From NCBI GenBank assembly GCA_039096225.1, contig JBBPEB010000027.1, positions 806,001-870,000 of the forward strand: DNA of 64,000 bases. The letters are read 5' to 3'. The translations under genes and the position numbers were made by a program. Shown in pieces: positions 20,866 through 37,052 of the stretch (positions within the stretch are counted from its first letter, which is position 1; every line of letters begins with the position of its first letter). The stretch is from Blastocystis sp. Blastoise. Its lineage: Eukaryota; Protista; Bigyra: Opalinata. The notes beneath the pieces were generated by a model. It had not been told where the DNA came from. It searched no databases and worked only from the letters and a program-made list of their open reading frames with translations.

Positions 20866-21727
20866 TGATGACAATATCCAAAACTAATTTAAAAATAACT
20901 TTGAAATAACAAATAATAATAAAAAAGATAAAGTTTTGTATTTTAGACGAAATTCATTTTTTTATTTTTTTATAATATATACTTTCTTCTGATTTGAAAT
21001 AATAATTTAAAAATATGCATTAAGAATATTATATATGTTTGTTTCAATGTATCAAGTGAATATTTAAAAATCACTCTAATAGTAATTTTTGAATGGCAAC
21101 ATTGTCAATATATATTTGAAATAAGTACTGATCTATGATCTATATTATATGTATGCCATTTTCTAATTAACAGTATTTCTTAATTTTCGTTAAATCACAA
21201 ATAATCTTTTGTTTTTTTTTCAAATGTTTAAATTATATAACATTTCATATTCTATGAATCAAAACAAGTCATTTCAGATCAATTACAATAATCTTTCTCA
21301 TGATATTGATAATAAAATATAATTTTGTTTTTATAAAAATAACATCACGAACAAATTTTATTGTAAAATAAACTGTAGGTATTTCGTTGAATCTAATTAC
21401 AATACAACCAGACCCAAGTATCGAGTTAATAAAAAATTAAAAAATATTTCATCGCCTTTAGATGTTTATATTATATTTCTTTCCAAGTATATCACTCTTT
21501 AAGTCTATTCATAGCATTTTCATTTCTGTCACATTGATATATTTACTGAAAAACACATAAGAAGACAAAAATAATTCACCTGAAATTTCACGGGTTTTTA
21601 ATTTTTGGTTATTTATTTCTCATTGTTTATATTCTGAAGTATCAGAACATTATCAAAGGAAATATTAACAATGTATCTCAAGCATATCTTGATATAAAAT
21701 ACGATTATATTAGTAAATAGATAAATA

Positions 21728-22466
21728 ATGCCAACAAAAGTACAAGCAAAAGATCAGAAAAAGAAGTATTTATTGTTTTTAAATGATTATATTGATTTAT
21801 ATTTATTCTAGACGACCCAATAGTCAAGTTCTTGAAAGTTTAAAGATTCTTTCCTCGTTTGAATCTAAAAAAGAAGAGTATTTTATCATTTCACAGTATT
21901 CTAATATTAATGTCTATTCTATATTAGTGTTGATGAATATGTAACAAGTGGCTATAGAGTATTTTTTTGAAATTATTTAGCATTTAACATTTTAAACATT
22001 TCTTTTTAGAGAAAAACAAGTTGTGAACAATATTTCTTTTCTCCATTAAGATGGATATTATCTGCTATAGTTGTTCTTCTTCAAATTATTGATCCTATTT
22101 ACGTTGTTGTCATTTGTATCATGTGTATGACAAGTGATATAGCTACATTTGTCTCTGTTCTCGTTATTACTGTCGTTGCCTATGCACTTATCAGCTTTAT
22201 TAACTGTACGAAACAATTCACTTTTGTCGTTATTGAACTCATATGCGTATATATATATATATAATATATTACTATATAACTTATTTGACAATAATATCTA
22301 TTTTCTAAAGCATATGATCTTAAGAATTGTTAGTATTTGCTTACGATCAAATTCAACAATCGATATCGTGACGACTTCCTATATCATTTCTATGGTTTCT
22401 CTTTTCATTTTGATTGTTTTCATCATTTATGAACAAATCAGCGAGTGCTGTCACTGTAAGGCTTAA
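21728..22466 (+). CDS. Small multi-pass (about 4 TM) membrane protein of unknown function, 5 exons
   Basis: ATG at 21728. Four GT-AG introns join in frame (MPTKVQAKDQKK...GYRRKTSCEQYFFSPLRWILSAIVVLLQII...), with hydrophobic helices and a stop at 22466. Confidence 0.6.
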
Positions 22467-23003
22467 TTCATTTCTTTGGTGTCAGCAGTTATTCTCATTC
22501 GATAGTTTTCATCTTCATAATTACTAAAGTTCACCGTATTTTGTTTTATTAGTTGTTTCATTTCAATTCTCTCTGTTTCTTACTCTACATTATTTATATA
22601 TTTTAAAAATTCTTGAAAACAAATTGTGTATTGATCTATTTCTATGACATATTACTCATTTCCCTTTGTTTATTAATGTTTGTTAAAACTTAGCTTTTAT
22701 CTTCTCTACGACACTACTGTCTTTCATTTCAATGAAGAGAATTATTCATCAATAAGAATTTATCTCAAAAATAAGAACTTATTTATAAAGGCAAGTAATA
22801 AGAAGAAACGTTCAGTTGTTTTTCTAAAAACGAAACAAATACGAAATTTTAGTGATAGTCATTAATTTCCCGTGAAAACATACTTTTTTCCTTTTATAAT
22901 TTCTATGAGTTGCATGTTCAGTGATTCGTGACTTTCAAATAAAAAAATAATTTAGATTTATTATCGATCTATATTTACCTATATTTACATAACTTTTATA
23001 CAT

Positions 23004-23964
23004 ATGAGTATTGAAGATAAAGATCTTGTGAGTTATGAAGATGTTGAAGATCTCAACGTTGCTAATCCTCTTGAAGAAGAACAAGTTCAAACCGATGCTA
23101 TGTTCTCCGGTATAAACAATGCTACTTTCAAAGATTTCAACTTACGTGATGAATTATTAACTGCCATTAGTAAATGTGGTTTCGAAAATCCATCTGAAGT
23201 TCAACAACAAGCTATTCCCAAAGCTATTGCTGGTAGTGATCTCCTTGTCCAAGCTAAGTCTGGTATGGGTAAAACTGCTGTCTTTGTTTTAGCTACTCTT
23301 CAAAAATTAACTGAAGGAGACTATGTATATATTAAAGAAAATTATTATTATTATTTTTTGTTTTGTTTATTATTAGTAGTAGTTTTAGCATTTTGTATAT
23401 ATTTTTATATTAATTATGATATTATATATAGGTTGATACTCTTGTTTTATGTCATACTCGTGAATTAGCTTATCAAATCAGACAAGAATATGAACGTTTC
23501 AGTCAATCTTTAACTAATGTCCATACCGCTGTTTTCTTTGGAGGTATATATAATTAATGTTATATTTACTTATATTTTTATTTATTTATATTTTTTTATA
23601 TTTATTTTTATTTATTTTTATTTATTTTTATTTATATTTATTTATTTTTATTTATTTTTATTTATTTTTATTTATTTTTATTTATTTTTATTTATTTTTA
23701 TTTATTTATATTTATTTATATTTATATTTATATTTATTTATTTATATTTATTTATATTTATAATATATATAGGTGTTCCAGTTGTAAATAACCAGAATGA
23801 TATCAACAGTATTCATCCTAATATAGTAGTAGGTACTCCTGGTCGTATTCTTGATCTTGTTAACCGAAAGTGTTTAGACCTCAGTCATATTAAACACTTT
23901 ATTGTTGATGAATGTGATAAAGTTATTGATGATATTGGTATTTTTATTATTATTATTATTATTA

Positions 23965-24000
<36 letters not shown>

Positions 24001-24932
24001 TCTTTATTCTCTTTATTCTCTTTATTCTCTTTATATTACTTATTATGTTTCTAGATATGCGTAGAGTAGTTCAGGATATCTTCAAGCAATCTCCTCGTGA
24101 TAAGCAAGTGATGATGTTCACGGCTACCCTCAATGAAGATATTGCTATTCAATGCCAAAAATTCATGGTCAATCCTGCTAAGCTTGTAGTTCTTGATGAA
24201 AAGAAAGATTTCAAGGGTCTTAAACAATATTACTTTGAATGTCCTGCTGATGATAAATTAAGTAAATTAGAAGATTTATTGGATCATGTGAATTTCAATC
24301 AAGTTGCTATTTTCTGTAATAGTACTTATTCTGCTAAATCTGTGTATAAATATTTAATTGACCGTAGTTTCCCTCCAATGGTTTTGATTTATGGCGGTTT
24401 AAATCAACAACAGAGACTTCATCGTTTTGAAGAATTTAAATCATTTAAAGCACGTATACTTATATCTACTAACTTATTAGGTAGAGGTATTGATGTTGAA
24501 AAGATTAATTTAGTTATTAATTATGATTTCCCCCAAGAAGCTGCTACTTATTTACATAGAGTAAATTATTTATTATTATTATATGTTATTATTATTATTT
24601 ATATTTCTTTTAATTGTATACTATTTTATAATTAATAATAATAATCATAATTCATTTTATCATAATTGATATTTATAATAATAATAATAATCAATATATA
24701 TCTATATATAGGTTGGTAGAGCTGGTAGATTTGGTACTGAAGGTATTGCTATTAGTTTTATTGCTACTCCTGAAGATATGAATATTAAAGAAGAAGTTGT
24801 TAAGACTTATAATACCGTTATTAATCCATTACCAGAAAATATTGATGCTGATATCTTACGTATATATATATATTATTATTATTATAAATATTTTATTCTT
24901 ATTTCTCTATAGTTCTCCAAGAACAACATTAA
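23004..24932 (+). CDS. SUB2: DEAD-box (DECD) RNA helicase UAP56/SUB2
   Basis: [39 protein letters not shown] and [11 protein letters not shown]. Confidence 0.95.
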
Positions 24933-25081
24933 ATTGAAACATAAATCATACTTACTTTATACAAAATAAGATATTTCTATTGAAACATATATTTGCAATT
25001 TTGTTTTGTTATCATAATCATCGTTTTCTTTTTATCAACAAAAATTTTAAAATATTTTTCTGAATTTAACCTTTTATTAAA

Positions 25082-27063
<1,982 letters not shown>

Positions 27064-27654
27064 CTTTAAATATACATCAAAATATATGTATTTATTTATA
27101 GACATACCTGTATATAATATATACTATATATAGTATACAATTATTTTTTTTAATAAATGAATATAATTGTTTATTATCTCTATTATATATTTATTATGAA
27201 CACACTGCTTATTGTTAAATGAAATATCTTTAATATACATTCGTGTTAACATATGCTTGATCTCTTTTACAAAATAATATATATATATATATATATATTA
27301 TATTTATTTATAATAAGAAAATAAATAACATATAAACCAAACGAATAAGTCACAGAGATACAAAAAAAATTCAAAATGATAATAAAACATATAATAAGTA
27401 AATTAAAAATTAAATACAAAATTAATAAATATTAATAATAATCGCTTAAAATTAAAAAAAAAAAAAAAGAAAAATAGGAAAAGAGTAAAATAATAAAAAA
27501 GCCGTAACTGTACATAAAAATAAAAATTAAAAAAAAATTCAAATAAAAAGTTCAAGATATATAATTAGTTAAACAAATTGGCGCTATTAAGATATATATA
27601 TATAATATTGATTCTCATGTATATATAATAATATATGAATATATATTCTTGCGA

Positions 27655-27721
27655 TTATTCATGCTCTAAAAAGAGTTTATGATGAAGAAGTTCTGACGCG
27701 TGTGGACGGCTCTCTGCGTTC

Positions 27722-27752
<31 letters not shown>

Positions 27753-28529
27753 GATAATAATGATAATAATAATAATGATAATAAATATTTATAATTATTT
27801 ATAACAGAGTTACCCAAACTATATATATATATACATTTCGATAACATAGTTCATAAAAATTAATAAATGAAGTTGAAAAGAAAGATTCATATTTTGGCGG
27901 GAAAGGTTCCCCAGGAGTATCTTGATTTGAAACTTTTAATAATTCATATCGAGTTTTAGAATCTAGAATAGAGACATTCCCACGGGGCATTTGATTCGTA
28001 ATCATTTGAAATACTGTAGCACCAATACTAAATATATCACTTCTTAACGTAGGAGCACTTAAAACTAATTCTGGAGCAGCATAAGCAGGAGTATATCCTT
28101 GTGGTTCTGATTGGGTGAGATAGGACCAATCACTGGGGGACGAGAGGGACTAGAAGAGGGAGATATATGGAATAGTATTACAGGCAGAGAATAGATATAA
28201 AGAATATAGAAAAAATATAGAAAAAATATATAGAAAAGAATATATAGAAAAAATATATATAGAGTTAAGAAATTACAGAATAAAAACACTTTAAGATAAG
28301 ATGATTTGAAATATAATATAATATGGAATAAAATAGTATTTATTAATGAAACAGAAAAGAGATATAATATAAATTGAATAAAATAATTACGTTAACAATT
28401 TCTGTAGCCGTACCAAAATCAATTAATTTGATTTGTTGCTGAGAATTAATAAGTATGTTACCTGGTTTAATATCCCTATATATATATATATATGTAGCAT
28501 AAAAAACAATAATTTATAGAGAAAGAAAT

Positions 28530-28569
<40 letters not shown>

Positions 28570-29174
28570 GAGCAATTCCTATTGATTCCAAATAAGCAAC
28601 TGCTTGTAATAATTGTCGAATAATCGGGATTATTTCATATTCTCGAAGCCCGGGTAATTCTTGTTGGCGGGAAGCAGTGATTGTTTGTATATACGTTACC
28701 AGAGACGTGCCTTCAAAGAATTCCATTAGAAAACCAGTAATATCTGTAATACGTGGAATGCAGATTGTTTTGATATACCGTACAATAAGATTGTGATGAG
28801 CACGTGATAGCATTAAGGCTTCTTGTTGAATGCGTGAATATAACATCGAAGCGTGCTCGTGAATAGGTTTATTGACTTTTAGCGCTAATGAAATTGGCGG
28901 GGAAGCTAATGACGAATAATAATCACATAGAAATACCTATATATATATATATAGATGTATATATATATATAGATGTATATATATACTAAAGCCATTCCTC
29001 CCATTCCAAGAAAATGTTGAATAATGACGTAGTGTGTGTCATCAATATCAATACGACCTATAGAATAGTTAAATATAATAATAATAATAATAGATAGTAT
29101 AATAGATAGAATAATAGATAGAATATATATATATATACTTCCATAAACACTAACTGATATATCATCCTAAAGAA

Positions 29175-29208
<34 letters not shown>

Positions 29209-30089
29209 CGCAATCAATAGACTCTAGTCTTGACGAAGAATTCTATATATATATAATGATCTAAAATCTATATATATATACATAGAGTAAAAAAGTTATT
29301 TTTCTTCCTGACGCATCCTGCGTCACTTCTTTTATTGGGGGTTGATCTTTCGAAATGATTGGTTCATAATTATATTGTGAAATAATATTTCGTGAATTGA
29401 GATTAGAAGCATGTGACATAGAGGAAGGAGATGTTAACGAATCTGTTTTCCCACGGGAATTAGATAGAGAATTTGAGAGCATATCGAATGAAGAATCATA
29501 TTTATAAAATGAATTATAAGGTTCAATAGAAAGTGATTCACATTGTTTAGTGGAATTATTCGAGTTATTTTCAATAATTTTTTCTTTAGATTGATTTTGT
29601 ATTGCTATTCTTTGATCGAGATCTGTCTATATATATAATTGTATTAACAAGAATAAGTAAAGTGAAAAAGAAGTATCACTAATATCCTTCGACATAAATA
29701 TGATAAAATATATGTAAAACATATATAAACAAATAAAAAATACTTTTTGAGAACAAAGAACTTTAAATTGAGCTTCTTTCTGATAAAGTTGATCTTGTAA
29801 TGATGAAAATATAGTTCGTATCTCCTCTAAACTCCGTTTAGGAACAGGGTATAACGTTGGATATAACGATTTCAACTGATTGATTTGAGATCGAATAGCA
29901 TCTATTCTTGCTTTTTTAATTGGATCATCTGGTTTTATATCTCTATCATTTCCGTTATGAGTAAATATGATAAAATAAAAAATACTTTAAAGAAACTGTA
30001 GATTGTGACTGACATTTCGATATCAAAGCATGCCTTTTGATCTGTTGTGAAGACAGATCTTGTCTCTTTCGATCTCGAGAGAACTGCAT
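27655..30089 (-). CDS. Ser/Thr protein kinase (non-RD, HMD catalytic loop), multi-exon
   Basis: LGMGGMALVF G-loop, ALK, HMDIKPGNIL, DFG, GYTPAYAAPE, SDIFSIGA and RPHASELLHH. The start could be 30287 instead of 30089. Confidence 0.88.
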
Positions 30090-30167
30090 CAAATTTCTGG
30101 AAGAAAGAGAACAAACAACAACAATAAGGAAACCAGTAAAGATATTTACGGGGATCTCGTTGTTTAC

Positions 30168-30311
30168 GGGGCGTAATTCACACTCAGCATAGTAGAAGGT
30201 GTTTTCTTTAGAGTATGCATAGTAGACCAGGCCAATAGGCGGGTAGCCTATTGGCCATACTATGCTGAGCATGAATTTTTTCGTCATACTATGCTGAGCA
30301 TAAATTATCCC
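30168..30311. promoter_or_regulatory. Nested inverted/direct repeat element in the divergent kinase/DCP2 promoter
   Basis: Perfect 11-bp stem GGCCAATAGGC(30230-40)/GCCTATTGGCC(30246-56). CTCAGCATAGTA (30183-94) is complementary to TACTATGCTGAG at 30258 and 30287. A 17-bp direct repeat lies at 30256 and 30285. Confidence 0.7.
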
Positions 30312-30398
30312 TGTTTACGGTTTTCATAAGATGAATAATTTGCAAACTCTTTTTTTGTTTTTCGTTACTTAGAATAGTGCTAAGATTCAACAACAACT

Positions 30399-30898
30399 AT
30401 GGTTGAACAGAAAGATCGGCTAGGTTTGCTATATGACAAGTATATTTATTTTATTTACGACTTTGAACTGATGTACATTAGGTATATTGGCTGTTTATCA
30501 GAAGACACAAAGAAAAATATAAATCTTATCTTTGCTGAACTACAGAATGCTTATTATTTTTATCAGGATACAATGGTTCCTAAAGAAAATTGTCCATCGT
30601 ATAAGAAAAGACAGATTTTTTTCCAAAAGATGTGGGAGATGACACCACTTAAGACTCTTGTCCCAGATTTTGATGCTGCTATGCAACAATATCATTATCA
30701 TTTGCAACAACTTCCAGTTTATGGTTGTATTATTTTATCTAGTGCATTAAGTCATGTAGTTCTCGTTCAAACTGAAGATCACAAGACATGGATGTTTCCT
30801 AGAGGCAAGATGAATGAAGTATATATATATATTTTTTTATGTTATTATTATTTTAATTTTTTTTTTTTTTTATTGCTTTATTTTTTTTATTATAAATA

Positions 30899-30950
<52 letters not shown>

Positions 30951-32023
30951 TGAGAAGCCTTGGGTGACAGCTGCTCGTGAAGTTAAAGAAGAAACTGGCT
31001 TACAAGTGTTTAAATATATAGATAGAAATTTATTTATAAAGAAAATAATCAATAAAAAGCCAATAACCTTATATATTATTACTGGATTTAGTCTTCAAAC
31101 GAAATTTGCTACACAAGAACAAGAAGAAATCGGAGGTATTCAATTTTTTCCTCTTACCGAACTACCTAGTAAAATGTATTGTGTTGAAGAATTTATTCCT
31201 GAAATAAAAGAATTTGTAGAACGTTATAAAGATACATGTCCTCCTTATCCTGTTCCCTATAATCAAAAACAAGTATATATATATATATATATAATTTTAA
31301 AATGTTTTTTAATTTATATATATATATGATATATATTATTATTATTATTCAAAGTAGATAAATATATTTACTATTATATATATATATATATATATATATA
31401 GATGATAACAAATGATTTAAGTATCCCTGAGGATTGTTTAGTATCCTTAGAAGAAGAAGGAGGTGAAGAAGGAGATAATAAAGGATGGAGTATAGAAGAT
31501 ATGTGGAAGGCAAATGAAAATTTAAGAGGTCGTAAATTTAGTTATGATGGGAATCCTCAATGTTTTGGAAATAATACAAATATACCTCATAATAAATTAT
31601 ATTTTACTGAAAAGAAAATAGGACAAGAAAAAGGAAATAAATTGAATTCTTCAAATAATAATAATAATAATAATAATAGTAATAATAATTCTGAAATGAA
31701 ACCCTTAAATTTATCTTCTCTTCTCACTCATACACAAAATATTAATAATAATAATAATAGTAATTTAAATAATCTTACTTCAAAGTCTTTAAAACAATCC
31801 ATGAATAAAGTATATTCTTCTATTCCTCTGTATTCTTCTGATTTAGAAAGTAGCCTTGATATTAATCCTATTCCTATTAGTAATAATAATATTAATAATA
31901 ATAATAATAATGGTAAACGCAATAGTACTATAATATCTAGTTCAAATCCTGAATTATTATTAAAGACTGCTTTATTAGGTAGTACAAACAAGACTACTCC
32001 AAAGAATTCTTTTTCTATTAGTC

Positions 32024-32061
<38 letters not shown>

Positions 32062-32349
32062 TCTCAAAATAATAATAATAATAATAGTCAATCTAAATCT
32101 ATATTTACGAATAAATCTACGAATACTTCAACTGTTTCTTCATTATTTGAAGATGATGCTATTACTTCTATATCTACTAATGATATTACTACTATTTCAC
32201 CTACTCTGCAATCTAAAAACATTATGAAATCATCTATTAAAGAATCTATAAAAGAACCTTATTCTATACCTAAAATACCTTCTTTTCAAATACAATTACC
32301 TAAATTTACTATTAATATGGAAGCAGTCTATTCAGCTATGAAAAAGTAG
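30399..32349 (+). CDS. DCP2: mRNA decapping enzyme DCP2 (Nudix)
   Basis: Box A-like LQNAYYFYQD, LPVYGCIIL, the Nudix box FPRGKMNECEKPWVTAAREVKEETG and EEIGGIQFF, then an Asn-rich disordered tail. Confidence 0.9.
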
Positions 32350-33036
32350 TTGCTTTCATTATTATTTTTTTTTTCTTTTTTCTCTTTTTTTTCTTTTTTC
32401 TTTTTTTTTTTCTTTTTTTACTTTTTTTTTTTTCTTTTTACTTTTTTTTTTCTTTTATTTTTTTTAAAAGATCTAATCACTTGGTAGAAACGTTTTTTTT
32501 TCCTCTTTACTATTAATTTTAAATACATATTTACATATATTCATCTTTATTTTTCATTTTAATCTTTATTTTTTCATTTTATTCAATGTTATTTATATTT
32601 TTGAAGGTTTCTATTTTGCTTTTTTTTTTGTCCTTATTTTTTCCGAGGTAATAAATATATTGTTCAACATTTTATCTGCCTCTAGACTAATGGTGCAGTT
32701 CTGTTTTTCTTTTTTTTTTTTGCTATTTCTTTGCATATGGCTTTTTTCATATGTATTGTTTTGTTTTATTTAATCTCATCCATATAGCTCATTGTATGAA
32801 ACTTGAAAGACTTGGATTATTTATGAAAGAGACACTTTATGCTTATTTAAAAGTAATATTTTGAAATTAAAAAAAAATAATATTATACAGTAATAAACAA
32901 GAGATAACCGTGATAAAATGTCAAACCAGAAAAACAACGTTTTTTTATTTTTATTTTAAAACGATTCCTTTTCATCTTTTTCTTTTTTGTTTTTCATTTT
33001 CGATATATATTTCATATCATAAATTCGATAAGAAAC

Positions 33037-33479
33037 ATGAATAACTATAGTTTGAAAGCCAAAACACTTTTTTCTGTTAGACAAAACGCCATCCACATGA
33101 TCCAAAAGAGAGGATATGTTGTGAACCACGCTGTAGAAAGCGAAACTTTAGACTCTTTTATTGAAACTGTATGTTTATTTACTTTATCAATTAATAATAA
33201 CTATGTTTTATTTATTATAGTTTGGAGCTGAACCTGATTATGAGAAACTTCAAGTTGATGTATTTATTTTTATTATTATTCATGAATTTATGTAATGTAA
33301 ATATATATTCTAGGGTATTCGTGTAGATGACCTTAGTGATAAGATTTCTATTTTCTTTGTTAATGATCCTCATGTTGGTATTACAAACTTAAAACCTATT
33401 GTTGATAAAATGCAAGAAAATTCTATTCATACTGGTATTATTATTATTAAGAATAAGATTTCATCCTTTGCTAGACAAG

Positions 33480-33510
<31 letters not shown>

Positions 33511-33800
33511 TATTATTATATATAAATAATATTATATAAAGATAATATTATTAACATGAATCTATAGGCCATAGTACGTTTTGAGCCATTATTTCATTTG
33601 GAGTTATTTATGGAAACAGAGTTATTAGTTGATATTACTGCTCATTTTATGGTCCCTGAACATATAGCTATATCTGAATATGAAAAGAAAGAATTATTAA
33701 AGAAATTAGCTATTCATGAAGAACAATTACCTTTATTAAAACTAGATGACCCAATTTCAAAATATTATGGATTTAAGAGAGGACAAGTATATATATATAA

Positions 33801-33834
<34 letters not shown>

Positions 33835-33901
33835 GGTTATTAAGATTACTAGAGAATCTAAAATATCAGGTCGTTCTATTGGTTATAGAATTGTTTTATA
33901 A
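33037..33901 (+). CDS. RPB5: RNA polymerase I/II/III common subunit RPB5
   Basis: ELFMETELLVDITAHFMVPEH, QLPLLKLDDPISKYYGFKRGQVIKITRESKISGRSIGYRIV. Five exons. Confidence 0.95.
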
Positions 33902-34380
33902 AACTTTTTTCTTCTTCTTTATATATATATATATTCAAAATTTTTTACTTTTATTTTTGTTTTAACTTGTTTGTTGTTTTTTTTTTAAATCCATTTATAT
34001 AGTATATACTTATAATATTATTCATTCTTTCTATTCCTTTTTGGTTAAGTTTATCATATAGATTAGCTTTTTATTATACATAAATAATTATCTATATATA
34101 TAACTATATATGTATTTGTTAAGAAATACAATACCTACATAATTTTCTAAAATAAATATATATTTTTTATTTAATGAAATAAAAAATAAAAGATAACAAA
34201 ACAAATGATGAATTAGTATATTTCATTTTATAGTTTATAGTAAATAAATAATCATATAAAAATAGTATGTATAAAAAAAAGCAGTAGATTTAAAAATAAA
34301 TTTGAAATATTTATATAGTTCAATAGACAAAAAAAAATAATTAAAAGTAAAAAAATATATATATTTCTATATAAATTCTT

Positions 34381-35507
<1,127 letters not shown>

Positions 35508-36510
35508 TGTTCTACATATTCAAATAGAGAGTTGTTTAATATATGAGATTTATGAAATATACCTTGAAGTATAACAAAAGGATAAGAATATTTGTTTTAA
35601 GATAAGGTCATTTCCTTCCTCGTTTTTCTCTCTAATTTTTTTATATAGGTTCGAGTGTGATCGCAGAAAAAGTATAATCATGGGGATTTTAATAAGGTCG
35701 TTAGAGATATTTGGATTTCCATGATTATAAACGTTCCCTTTTTTTGTGTTTTCATTTATGATGTTTATCTTAATAAAAACTATGGATATACATATTCCTA
35801 GATAGGAATGAAAGTTTCTTCTTATTTAGATGATATATGTTGTTTGAATGTCAGTAATTTTTAGTCATTTACGATCTCTTTATTTTGATCTATTCCTTTC
35901 TTTCTTTATATAATTAGTGAAACTATTATGTTCGATCTTTTTATAAAAGCTAGATAACGTATTTATGCAACTAAGTAGTTTTATACGTTGGAATTTAAGA
36001 AATGTCAATACTTTTCAGAAAGAAGAACAAAATAGGATGATTAATGAAATTAATTAACTCTACATTTCTGGTTAATAAGAAAAATATATCTAGAATTAAA
36101 ACAATGAAAGATAAAGTTGAAATAATAATCATAATGTAGAACTACAAGCAGTAGTCATTGATTTTTTATACAATAGGGTTAAAACAATATAAATAGAAAA
36201 AGAAAGAAAATAGTCAAGAAAGTAAAAAAAAAAAATCATTATGAATAAACAAATAGTTTAAATTTTTGAAAAGTGAAAAAGAATAGAATAGAATTATATA
36301 AGATTAAATAGATATGAATATATATACATATGAAATATTGGATAATATAGATATAATAAAGATTATTACAGGATATATATACAATAAGAAAACTTTGAAT
36401 AGATGACATAAAATACAAGTTATAATATATTATTCTATATATAAATTGTATATATATAATGGGAAATGTATATATATATACGAAAAAGTATACTGACTAT
36501 AAAAAAGCGT

Positions 36511-37019
36511 TTATTCCCTTGGGACAAGAGGAATAATATCAAAATGAGATTGAATCACGTGATCTTTAAAGAGGTCACATGGATCATGACGCACTCTTAT
36601 AGTTGGTGTATAATAACGTGACACCGCACATGACGAAGCATCAATATCCCAATAATTCGAAACACAATAAAAAGGGAAAGTAATTGTGTCTACTTCTTCT
36701 CTTGGTATATATCTCCATTTTCGACATTTTGGATTATGGCATTGTATCCAAACTTCATTACCCTATATAATATATATTATATATATTATATATACATTAT
36801 ATATATTATATATATACCATAATACTAAATTTATTGTTTCCAACTCTATATATATAATGTATATATAATATATATATTAATATATATATACTTCCAAGTT
36901 CCTTGGCTTTCTTTATTAGTATCTTTTTCTTTCTAAAGATATATATAAATAGTATTATATATATAAAAATATATAATATACCTTGATTTTATAGTCTGAA
37001 ATAGGTATAATCTCAAAAC

Positions 37020-37052
<33 letters not shown>

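Noticed and set aside
33899-33975. Blastocystis-type stop codons created by polyadenylation (TGTTTGTT at ~33968)
   Set aside because: The motif lies downstream of RPB5, but RPB5 and every complete gene here already has a genomic TAA or TAG.
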